A stretch of DNA of 40,534 bases, from contig JACMRH010000519.1 of assembly GCA_014376535.1 (NCBI GenBank), positions 1 to 40,534 on the forward strand, in the 5' to 3' direction. The translations under genes were made by a program, and so were the position numbers. The notes under the pieces were generated by a model. That model saw only the letters and a program-made list of their open reading frames with translations. It was not told where the DNA came from and ran no database searches. Origin of the DNA: Cytophagales bacterium. GTDB taxonomy: Bacteria > Bacteroidota > Bacteroidia > Cytophagales > UBA9547. Positions 30,041 through 38,717 of the stretch are shown piece after piece (positions within the stretch are counted from its first letter, which is position 1; every line of letters starts with the position of its first letter).

Positions 30041-32056
30041 ATGATGAATAAATTATTGTTAATTACCTCCCTGCTGATTAGTCAGGTTACTTTGGCCCAG
30101 GATGTTCAATGGGCCTTTAAAGTCTTAGAATATTCCTCACAGAAAGATATAAAAGCTTTCTCTTCTAAACAGGTTATAGGAAAGCCAAATGTTTTCCCAG
30201 CTACTGGTGAAAGTGTAAACGCATGGCAATATAATGATGCAAAAGAAAGGGACCAGGAATTTATAAAGGTTGGTTTTTTTGTTCCAATTAAGCCTAAAAA
30301 AGTCTATATAGGAGAATCTTATAACCCCGGCTACATAAGCAAAGTGTTTGTATACGATGCTTCAGGAAAAGAACATGAAATAGCTTCTAACACCCCTGGA
30401 CCCATTTCCGAAAAGGGAAGGTTATTTTCTATCAATACCTCAAACATTGATTTTTTTGTTTTTGCAATAAAAGTTGTTTTAAAACCGACCAAAGGGACTC
30501 CTGTTGGCATTGATGCTATAGGAATAAGCGAATCTGATAAACCTTATGAGATTAAACTTAACCATGCTGATGTTATTAAATCGAATATGGTAGTTAAAAA
30601 ACTGGAAAGAACAGTTAACAGCAGATTTCCTGAACATGGACCATTACTTTCTCCTGATGGTCAAATGCTATATTTCAGCAGAAGCTTCCATCCTAAGAAC
30701 TTTGGAGGAGCCGAAGATTATGAGGATATCTGGACTTCAGCATGGGACAATAAGAATCAAAAGTGGGAAGAGTCAAAAAATATGGGGATCCCTTTCAACA
30801 ATGAAGAACCCAACTTTATCAACTCCATTTCACCGGATGGTAATACTTTGTTATTAGGGAATGCGTATTCCGAGAAGGGAACTGTAGCTGGTGGTGCTTC
30901 TATTAGTTATAAAACTGCTAAAGGATGGTCAAACCCTAAAAGGCTGGTAATTGAAGACGATCATAATATCAATGAAAAGTCTAACTACTACATGTCGAAC
31001 AGTCAAAAAGCACTTATGATGTCTATTGAAAGAAAAAAAGACTCTTATGGGGATCGTGATATATATGTAAGTTTTATAAAACAAGATAGTTCCTGGTCAA
31101 AGCCACTTAATCTGGGACCGATTGTAAATTCGGTGGGTACAGAGTGTGCTCCCTTTTTAGCTTCAGATGAAAAAACGCTTTACTATGCTTCTAACGGTCT
31201 GGAAGGATATGGAGGAACAGATATATATGTCACCAGGAGATTGGATGAAACCTGGAAGAAATGGTCACAACCGGAAAATTTAGGACCAATTGTAAATACA
31301 GCCAATAATGAATCCTACTTTACAATGAACGCTGAGGGGGACAAAGTATTTTACACTTCAATCGGGGATAGTATAAACGACATTGACATTTACACCTTAA
31401 CTCTGCCAGAAATTGTGAAACCTCTTCCTGTAGTGATGGTGAAAGGCCGGGTACTTGACAGCAAAAACGGCAATCCTTTACCAGGCGTAAAAATCATTTT
31501 TGAAGACCTGATTACGGGTAAAGAAATGGGAATTGCAAAATCAAATCCTGAGACCTCTGAGTACGAAATCATGCTTCCTTCTGGTAATGATTATGGCTTC
31601 CTGGCTGTAAAAGCAGGATACATCTCTGTGAATTCAAATATGGACCTGAGAAACTTAAAGGAGTTTGAAGAAATGAAAAAAGACCTTTTTCTTACTCCAA
31701 TAGAATCAGGTATGACCGTAGTACTGAACAATGTTTTTTTTGACTTTAAAAGCACCACTTTATTAAAAGAGTCACACCAGGAATTGGACAGGCTAATTAC
31801 AATGCTTAAAAATAATAAATCCACGAAAGTGGAGATTTCAGGTCATACTGATAATATTGGTTCGGACGCATACAATGACTTTATTTCTTTCCAGAGGGCC
31901 AAAGCTGTTTCTGCCTATCTCACTGCCAATACCAGCATTACTCCTGACAGGATCAGCGTTCAATACCATGGAGAGGGCAAACCGGTAGCCGATAATTCTA
32001 CTCTTAAAGGAAGAAAATTAAATAGAAGGGTGGAGTTTAAAATTTTATCACAGTAA
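30041..32056 (+). CDS. PD40-OmpA protein with an N-terminal non-TPR domain
   Basis: Signal peptide ending LA-Q; SPDG..LYF and NLGP.VN repeats; NVFFDF, SGHTDNIG, NRRVEF. Confidence 0.9.
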   Translation: MMNKLLLITSLLISQVTLAQDVQWAFKVLEYSSQKDIKAFSSKQVIGKPNVFPATGESVNAWQYNDAKERDQEFIKVGFFVPIKPKKVYIGESYNPGYISKVFVYDASGKEHEIASNTPGPISEKGRLFSINTSNIDFFVFAIKVVLKPTKGTPVGIDAIGISESDKPYEIKLNHADVIKSNMVVKKLERTVNSRFPEHGPLLSPDGQMLYFSRSFHPKNFGGAEDYEDIWTSAWDNKNQKWEESKNMGIPFNNEEPNFINSISPDGNTLLLGNAYSEKGTVAGGASISYKTAKGWSNPKRLVIEDDHNINEKSNYYMSNSQKALMMSIERKKDSYGDRDIYVSFIKQDSSWSKPLNLGPIVNSVGTECAPFLASDEKTLYYASNGLEGYGGTDIYVTRRLDETWKKWSQPENLGPIVNTANNESYFTMNAEGDKVFYTSIGDSINDIDIYTLTLPEIVKPLPVVMVKGRVLDSKNGNPLPGVKIIFEDLITGKEMGIAKSNPETSEYEIMLPSGNDYGFLAVKAGYISVNSNMDLRNLKEFEEMKKDLFLTPIESGMTVVLNNVFFDFKSTTLLKESHQELDRLITMLKNNKSTKVEISGHTDNIGSDAYNDFISFQRAKAVSAYLTANTSITPDRISVQYHGEGKPVADNSTLKGRKLNRRVEFKILSQ

Positions 32057-32066
32057 TATCATCAAC

Positions 32067-32099
32067 TCTTCTCCAATGCTTTATTGGAGAAGAAGTTTT
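32067..32099 (+). terminator. Intrinsic terminator
   Basis: TCTTCTCCAAT-gcttt-ATTGGAGAAGA then AGTTTT, 10 nt after the stop codon. Confidence 0.75.
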
Positions 32100-32246
32100 C
32101 TAAGTTGTTACGAATGCAACTCACAAATAAACAAGTCTTTAAGGCAATTCCTTATTCAAAGTCAGCTTTATTTAATATAAAGTGAATTTGTAGAATATTC
32201 CGAAATTAGGTTTGATTTCATACTCACTCTTTAATTCTCAATCCCG

Positions 32247-32277
32247 TTTGTTTCCAGTAATTCTATAAGTACTTTTG
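32247..32277 (+). promoter_or_regulatory. Bacteroidota promoter of the TonB-dependent receptor
   Basis: TTTG (32247-32250), 19-nt spacer, TACTTTTG (32270-32277). Confidence 0.75.
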
Positions 32278-32300
32278 TTGTTTATAACGAGTCTAAATAA
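32278..32300. promoter_or_regulatory. Putative Fur-type operator
   Basis: Imperfect palindrome TTGTTTATA-acgag-TCTAAATAA over the predicted TSS; resembles the ATTTAGA-N5-TCTAAAT Fur box described in Flavobacteriia. Confidence 0.6.
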
Positions 32301-32305
32301 TAACA

Positions 32306-34732
32306 GTGCCTAGGTCTGGTCTTTCTTTCTTTTTTATTTCATTTTTTGTAACCACTTTCAATTTATTCGGACAGAATATTATGTTGAAAGGAAGGGTTTT
32401 AAAAACTGTCGACCAAAGCCCGATTTCATCAGCCAAGGTTCATTTAAAACATTTACACACACATCTGAAGTCAGACAAGGATGGGAGTTTCGAAATTGAA
32501 GTAACCAAACCAGGTGAATATCAGATTGTTATTTACAAAGAGGATTTTAAAGTAATCATCCAGCAATTGGTTTTAAACAACGATACTTCTATTGAATTCA
32601 AAATGGATAGTCTTCAATATGAGTTGTCTGAAGTACAGATTCAGGCCCAGGGTTCAGGAGTTAGTGATATGGAAAAGCTGAAAACTGTAGAAGGAACTGC
32701 TATTTATGAAGGAAAGAAAAATGAAGTTATTGTAATGAAGGAAATGACAGCGAACCTAGCTACAAACAATGCCAGGCAGGTTTTCGCTAAAGTTCCTGGA
32801 TTAAATATCTGGGAAAGTGATTGCGCCGGACTTCAGCTGGACATTGGAGCAAGAGGTTTAAGCCCAAACAGAACTTCAAACTTTAATGTAAGGCAAAATG
32901 GATATGATATCAGTGCAGATGCACTAGGCTATCCTGAAAGTTATTATACACCACCATTAGAAGCAATTGAAAGAATAGAAATTGTAAGAGGGGCAGCTTC
33001 ATTACAATATGGCACCCAGTTTGGAGGTTTATTAAACTTCAAAATGAAACAAGGTGCTGATAAGCCTGTTGAGGTTACAACAAGGCAAACTTTAGGTTCT
33101 TTTAAGTTTTTAAATAGTTTTAATTCTATTGGAGGCAAAAAAGGAAAATTCAGATATTATGGATTTTACCAGCACAAACAAGGCGATTGCTGGCGACCTT
33201 ACTCTAGTTTTAACCTGAATATGGGCTATGGTAGTATTGCCTACAATGCTACAGATAAACTTACCATCACAGCTGATATCACGGTAATGAATTATCTAAC
33301 TCAAATGCCTGGTGGATTAAAAGATTCGGATTTTAAAAAAGATCCGCATATGGTTTTAAGAAAGAGAAACTGGTTTCAGGTAAAATGGAACCTATTTTCT
33401 GTATATGCCGACTATAAAATAACTCCCAGAACAACTTTAAACACACGGTTTTTTGGGGTATCGTCAAGCAGGGAAGCACTGGGCAATCTGGACAGGCTTA
33501 CAAGATTGGATGATCCTAAATCAAATAGAAATCTACTTTCTGACAAATATTTAAACTTTGGAAATGAAACACGATTACTTCACAGGTATACAATTGGCAA
33601 GCAGGCACAAGTATTTGTTTTAGGATTTCGGGTTTATAAAGGAAACACAATAAGAAAACAAGGTGATGCAAATAATGGAGACGGGCCAGACTTTGCTTAT
33701 TTAAATCCTAATAGCCTGGAAAATTCCGATTATACATTTCCTGGAACCAATTATGCTGCTTTTGGGGAACATGTATTTTATTTAAACAAGAAATTAAGTG
33801 TCACGCCCGGAGCAAGGATTGAGTTTATCGAAACAAATGCCAAAGGATATTATAACACAAGAATTTATAACGGGGCAGGAACAATCCTTCTTGATGAAAA
33901 TATTGCGGAAACCAGGTCAAGGTCAAGGCACTTTGTTCTTTTAGGAATTGGAATGGCCTACAAACACAAAGAATGGCTGGAAGCTTATGCTAATATCTCA
34001 CAGAATTACAGGGCAATAACTTTTAGCGATATTAGAGTTGTAAACCCAAATTTTGTGGTTGATCCTGAAATCAAAGATGAAAAAGGATATACAGCTGATA
34101 TAGGAGCCAGGGGAACATTTAAAAGAATAATTCAATACGATTTCAGTTTCTTTTATATGCAGTATAGTGGCAGGATTGGGGAACTATTGAAAAGTGGTAA
34201 AGCTCCTACATTTTTAGATTATAGGTACCGCACAAACATCGCAGATTCAAGAACTTATGGACTCGAAGCTTTTGCAGAAATTGATGCCTTGAAATTGGTT
34301 TATAAAAATTCGAAAGTGGGGATTCCGGTTTATACCAGCATATCACTAAACGATGCCAGATATATTCATTCAGATAATAAAGCGATACAGAACAAACTGG
34401 TCGAACTTGTGCCTGGAATTTTATTAAGAATGGGATCCGGTTTGAAATGGAAAGATTTCAGGATAAACTACCAATTTTCATATGTTAGTCAGCAATATAC
34501 TGATGCCAGTAATTCTATTTCAGATCCTACTGCTGTTGTAGGAATAATTCCTGAGTACTATATTATGGACTTATCAGCTAAGTACACATTTAAATTCTTA
34601 TCCTTAGAAACAGGGCTTAATAACTTGTCTGACAATGTCTATTTTACAAGAAGAGCTGAAGGGTATCCCGGGCCGGGAATTTTGCCTTCTCCAGGCAGAA
34701 ACTGGTATGTTACTTTGGGATTTAGATTTTAA
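32306..34732 (+). CDS. FecA-like TonB-dependent receptor with N-terminal extension (GTG start)
   Basis: Plug motifs KVPGLNI, RGLSPNR, IERIEIVRGAASLQYG; barrel end NNLSD..YFTRR...GRNWYVTLGFRF. Confidence 0.93.
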   Translation: MPRSGLSFFFISFFVTTFNLFGQNIMLKGRVLKTVDQSPISSAKVHLKHLHTHLKSDKDGSFEIEVTKPGEYQIVIYKEDFKVIIQQLVLNNDTSIEFKMDSLQYELSEVQIQAQGSGVSDMEKLKTVEGTAIYEGKKNEVIVMKEMTANLATNNARQVFAKVPGLNIWESDCAGLQLDIGARGLSPNRTSNFNVRQNGYDISADALGYPESYYTPPLEAIERIEIVRGAASLQYGTQFGGLLNFKMKQGADKPVEVTTRQTLGSFKFLNSFNSIGGKKGKFRYYGFYQHKQGDCWRPYSSFNLNMGYGSIAYNATDKLTITADITVMNYLTQMPGGLKDSDFKKDPHMVLRKRNWFQVKWNLFSVYADYKITPRTTLNTRFFGVSSSREALGNLDRLTRLDDPKSNRNLLSDKYLNFGNETRLLHRYTIGKQAQVFVLGFRVYKGNTIRKQGDANNGDGPDFAYLNPNSLENSDYTFPGTNYAAFGEHVFYLNKKLSVTPGARIEFIETNAKGYYNTRIYNGAGTILLDENIAETRSRSRHFVLLGIGMAYKHKEWLEAYANISQNYRAITFSDIRVVNPNFVVDPEIKDEKGYTADIGARGTFKRIIQYDFSFFYMQYSGRIGELLKSGKAPTFLDYRYRTNIADSRTYGLEAFAEIDALKLVYKNSKVGIPVYTSISLNDARYIHSDNKAIQNKLVELVPGILLRMGSGLKWKDFRINYQFSYVSQQYTDASNSISDPTAVVGIIPEYYIMDLSAKYTFKFLSLETGLNNLSDNVYFTRRAEGYPGPGILPSPGRNWYVTLGFRF

Positions 34733-34738
34733 ATAATT

Positions 34739-36136
34739 TTAATACTTGTAATCAAGTATCCCATTACTATTTAATAAGTTATCCTTTACTTTTAACAAAT
34801 CAGTTTCCGGATCAATGATCAATTGCGAAGGTTTCCCATTCATTGTTACGTAGCACTCGCAGTAAATGGAAATATCTTTCATTCCGGTTGCCTCAAAAGT
34901 GTTACCTAAATAATGGGCATATTGAAGCATCATGTCAGGCTGAAAGGACATTTGCTTTTCCTGATGTTGATTTAAGTATTGTGAATTATCAACATCAAAT
35001 TCCGATCCGTTTAAGTTGTTTTTTATTCGAAAGGTTGCAGTTCCGGCCTTTTCAACTAACATTACCCTCCAGGAAAATCGATAACCATTTTCGGTCCACA
35101 GCAAATTACCTGGATATAAAAGATATCTGAACGGCAATAATAATTGAATTGAAATGTAGATTGATATTAATATCGTTGTGAGTTGTGCGTTGTGAGTTGT
35201 GAGTTGTAATTCAGTTGTAAGTTGTGAGTTGGGGGTTGTGAGTTGGGGGTTTTGTTTGATTTCTCTTAAATTCAATGAATTTCGAAAAACAGAAATCACT
35301 TTTTTATGAAAGTTCTCTGAAAAAAAGATGAGAGTACATAAACTCATTACCAAGGGAAAAACTCCAATCTGAAAAAAATAACCAGTAATTCCGTGAAAAA
35401 TCAAAAGAAAAATGTAAGCAGGCAACCTTGTTCTTCTATATAAAAGCAAGAATGGAATAAACAAGTCATACGCCATTCCAACCCAGGCAAACACATAAAC
35501 CACCAAGACTTTTGTGAAGATGTATCCAATAAAAGGAAAATCACTCTGGGCAGGCAACCAAAGTTTCAACGGCATGGCCTCTACCAACCAACTAAAATTT
35601 ATTTTGGCAATTCCAGCAAAAAAATAGACACAGCTTATCTGAAATTTGAGGATGTTAATTGCCCACGCAGAAAAATCTTCTTTTAATATATCAGGATTTC
35701 TTAAAACATCAATTGAAAAATTTCTATTTGCCGGCAAAAAACACATTAAAAATGCTACCAGACTTACAAAATAATAGTGATTCAGATAATAAGTCTTGTC
35801 TATTAGTTCAACATAAGTGAAGGCCAGAAAAAATAGAACTGTTGAGATTCTGTAATATAGACCAACCATGATTGCAAGGGAAGTCAATATCATTACAATA
35901 AAAATTAAATACATTCCTGGTGCCGGCAGCACATGTACCCAGGAAAAACCCCAATAAGAAAAATGAAAAACAGGTTTTAGATATTGCTCCTCGACCCAAC
36001 CTAAGAGCAAAAAGCGTATGGAACTAATACAGGTAACTAATCCGAATAGAACCCTAAACAGGATTAATGGATAAATATTAACTTTTCTGTATAAAAACCG
36101 GTTCAAAAAGTCGATGGATTTGTTAAAGACTTTCAA
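34739..36136 (-). CDS. HTTM-domain protein (vitamin K-dependent gamma-carboxylase-like), TTG start
   Basis: FRVLFG, ELIDKTYYLNHYY, YFFAGIAK, IGVFP, GYRFSWRVMLVEK, QPDMMLQYAHYL. Confidence 0.92.
   Translation of the reverse strand: MKVFNKSIDFLNRFLYRKVNIYPLILFRVLFGLVTCISSIRFLLLGWVEEQYLKPVFHFSYWGFSWVHVLPAPGMYLIFIVMILTSLAIMVGLYYRISTVLFFLAFTYVELIDKTYYLNHYYFVSLVAFLMCFLPANRNFSIDVLRNPDILKEDFSAWAINILKFQISCVYFFAGIAKINFSWLVEAMPLKLWLPAQSDFPFIGYIFTKVLVVYVFAWVGMAYDLFIPFLLLYRRTRLPAYIFLLIFHGITGYFFQIGVFPLVMSLCTLIFFSENFHKKVISVFRNSLNLREIKQNPQLTTPNSQLTTELQLTTHNAQLTTILISIYISIQLLLPFRYLLYPGNLLWTENGYRFSWRVMLVEKAGTATFRIKNNLNGSEFDVDNSQYLNQHQEKQMSFQPDMMLQYAHYLGNTFEATGMKDISIYCECYVTMNGKPSQLIIDPETDLLKVKDNLLNSNGILDYKY
35175..35248. 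repeat. Heptamer tandem repeat (GTTGTGA-like x10) inside the HTTM gene
   Basis: Units gttgtga, gttgtgc, gttgtga, gttgtga, gttgtaa, [ttca], gttgtaa, gttgtga, gttgggg, gttgtga, gttgggg; encodes PQLTTPNSQLTTELQLTTHNAQLTT. Confidence 0.92.
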
Positions 36137-37547
36137 GGAACTTAATAAGGTTATCTCTATCCAGTTTGTTAAGCCTGGTATATTTCATTTTAGCCTGTTC
36201 TGCTTCTCCACCATGCCATAATATTGCTTCTTCCAGATTACGGGCCCGGCCATCATGAAGAAAAAATGTGTGGTTGTTTACGGTTTTAATTAATCCAATT
36301 CCCCACAAAGGTGGAGTTCTCCATTCAGATTTTGAAGCCAGAAAATCAGTTCTCCCGTCGGCAAGGCCTTCACCCATATCGTGAAGTAACAGATCTGTAA
36401 AAGGTCGTATAGTCTGATTTGCCATTTCTGGAAATACTGCATCTTTCCCAGTAACCATTTTAGGAGTATGGCAAAGATGACAACCTAATTCATTAAATAA
36501 AGTCTTTCCTGATAACACATTCTGCTCTTTCCAGTTTCTTCTGGCAGGCACAGATAAAGTCTGGCAGTAAAAAACTATTTTCTTTAAAATAGAATCTTGA
36601 ATCTCCGGCTTCCCTCCTGAGGGAATTGTATCAAAAAGTGCTTTAGATTTTCCTTTTAAATTTTCGTACTGAAAAATTGAGGATGTTATCCCCATATCTC
36701 CATTGAATGCACCTGAGGTTTGCTGCAACAAATTTGGTTGATTCGCTTTCCAGCCAAATCTGCCCAAGGTTTTTGTCAGCAAAGTGGCATTCCAAACATA
36801 ATTGGCCCTGCCAGATATACCATCTGCGTTTACATCGTAAGGATCTGCCGAAGAAAGAATTAAAGATTCTTCTACAGCCTCAAGTAAGCCTAGTCCAGGC
36901 AATTGGGGTGCTACGCGGGGAGAAATTAAAATATTGCCCGGGTTTCCATAGGCAAAATCCAAAATAGTATATGTTGGATTTCGTAACGAATATGATGTTC
37001 CATCACTATATTTTCCAGGAATTTCAGTATATGTGATAAATGGTTTCCCTTCTGGGATTACTCCCGGAATAGCTTTGTCATTCAACTGATCGCCGTAATC
37101 AGGAACATCAACAGGTTCGCCATGAATACCTTCTCCAGGTAGGCTTATTCTCAGCAACATTGAGGTAAACTCACTTTCCCCTTCAATTGGAGGACGTCCT
37201 CTCCCATCAAGTCCGTGACATGTACCGCATGAATTTGCGTTTAACATGGGTCCTAATCCATCCCGTGCACTGGTACTTGAAGGTGCTATTACCCATGGCA
37301 AACGGAAAAATGAATTCCCTACTGAGAAGTCAGCCGACATGCTGGCGGGCATATTGGATAATTGAAAACCAAATGCATCCTTTGAAGTTGAAATAACAGT
37401 TGCACTACCAGCAGATAATTCTTCACCTGGCTCACTTGTCAATCCAACTGGATTAGGACCAGGAGGTACCAAAATTTCTTCAGCGTTCTTTTTCTTACAA
37501 TTCGAAAAAAGGATACATGCTAAAATGAAAATTACACACTTTTTCAT
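36123..37547 (-). CDS. Di-heme oxidoreductase (DHOR) family lipoprotein
   Basis: Lipobox FSN-C; DGLGP..NA.SCGTCH and GCHLCH heme motifs; GRFGWKA, TDLLLHDMG, WRTPPLWG, LHDGRAR. Confidence 0.93.
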   Translation of the reverse strand: MKKCVIFILACILFSNCKKKNAEEILVPPGPNPVGLTSEPGEELSAGSATVISTSKDAFGFQLSNMPASMSADFSVGNSFFRLPWVIAPSSTSARDGLGPMLNANSCGTCHGLDGRGRPPIEGESEFTSMLLRISLPGEGIHGEPVDVPDYGDQLNDKAIPGVIPEGKPFITYTEIPGKYSDGTSYSLRNPTYTILDFAYGNPGNILISPRVAPQLPGLGLLEAVEESLILSSADPYDVNADGISGRANYVWNATLLTKTLGRFGWKANQPNLLQQTSGAFNGDMGITSSIFQYENLKGKSKALFDTIPSGGKPEIQDSILKKIVFYCQTLSVPARRNWKEQNVLSGKTLFNELGCHLCHTPKMVTGKDAVFPEMANQTIRPFTDLLLHDMGEGLADGRTDFLASKSEWRTPPLWGIGLIKTVNNHTFFLHDGRARNLEEAILWHGGEAEQAKMKYTRLNKLDRDNLIKFLESL

Positions 37548-38707
37548 TTAGCAGATTCAATGGCCAAGGCTGCTTTTTTTAATTCATCGCTAAACCCGAC
37601 CCAAGCCTGGGCAGTATTTTTTATGTGGCCACCCAAATCTGATAAAATAGCCCTGTCAAAGGGAATTCCTATCTGTAATGATTCTGTCACTGCGTTTGAA
37701 ATGTATTGCGTAGCATTTGCATTATATCCAGGATTTAAACGATCAATCAATGTACTCAAGCTTCTTCCTTTGATAAATAATCCATTTTTTCTTTTGTAAA
37801 CACCGAGATAGATATTTTGCATACCTAAAGCATTCGTTACAAGATCTACGTGAGTATTATCGCTAAAACAAGAATGTTCATCTTCCTGATTTTTAGTTTC
37901 AAGAGCCGGAATTATTCTTTCACCACCAAACTCACCTTTACTCATTTTAGAGATACCATCTAACAACAGGAAACAATTGTAATTAAGAGAAACGTTAACA
38001 AGTAAATCAGCTCTATAATTTCCTTTAAACTCTAACCTGACATTAGCTATATCTTGTTTTAACATAAAAACAACCGTTAGCAAATACTGCCGTCTTCTTT
38101 CTGCATTAGGCGCAATAGTATAATCAGTAAAACTTCTTTTGCCTGGACTATCTGTATAAAAATCCTGTCCCCATAACAAAAATTCTATTGCATGGTAGCC
38201 AGTTGTAACTGAAGCATCCCCCAACTTTTCATTAGCCTCACGTAAAGTATTATAATTAATCTCTTTATAGTTGAGCGTATCATTAATGATACCTTTATAA
38301 ACATTAGTGGCTTTGCTACTGTCATACACATAGTCTATATAAGCTTCATCAAGGGGCCAGCCATTTATATAGCTTTCATAATTATCAATTGGTCCTTCCA
38401 CGCCACGATACGCTTCAGTTTGGCCATACATTATTCTTGCTCTTTTCCAGGCATATTTGCAGGCTTCAAATTTTTCTGCAGTTGGTGAATTGCAAAATGC
38501 TTCAATATGAATAGATAAACTATCTACAGTTGAGTAAGCATCTTCATATACCGCATCTCCAATATTCAGGTATGTGTTCAATACCTCTTTTTCCAATAGG
38601 GCAAGTGATTCAGTTTCCGGCGCAGGAGAAGGCGTTTCATCAACACTCTTTTTTTTACAGGAAAACGTTAAAGTTATTCCTAAAATTAATATTATTATAT
38701 ACCTCAT
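37544..38707 (-). CDS. Imelysin (peptidase M75)/IrpA-like iron-regulated lipoprotein
   Basis: Probable start ATG 38707 with lipobox TFS-C; INGWPLDEAYIDYV, TGYHAIEFLLWGQD (HxxE), QEDEHSCFSDNT. Confidence 0.92.
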   Translation of the reverse strand: MRYIIILILGITLTFSCKKKSVDETPSPAPETESLALLEKEVLNTYLNIGDAVYEDAYSTVDSLSIHIEAFCNSPTAEKFEACKYAWKRARIMYGQTEAYRGVEGPIDNYESYINGWPLDEAYIDYVYDSSKATNVYKGIINDTLNYKEINYNTLREANEKLGDASVTTGYHAIEFLLWGQDFYTDSPGKRSFTDYTIAPNAERRRQYLLTVVFMLKQDIANVRLEFKGNYRADLLVNVSLNYNCFLLLDGISKMSKGEFGGERIIPALETKNQEDEHSCFSDNTHVDLVTNALGMQNIYLGVYKRKNGLFIKGRSLSTLIDRLNPGYNANATQYISNAVTESLQIGIPFDRAILSDLGGHIKNTAQAWVGFSDELKKAALAIESAK

Positions 38708-38717
38708 TTTCAAATGA

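Noticed and set aside
35175-35248. Repeat as a CRISPR array
   Set aside because: 7-nt contiguous units with no spacers and no cas genes.
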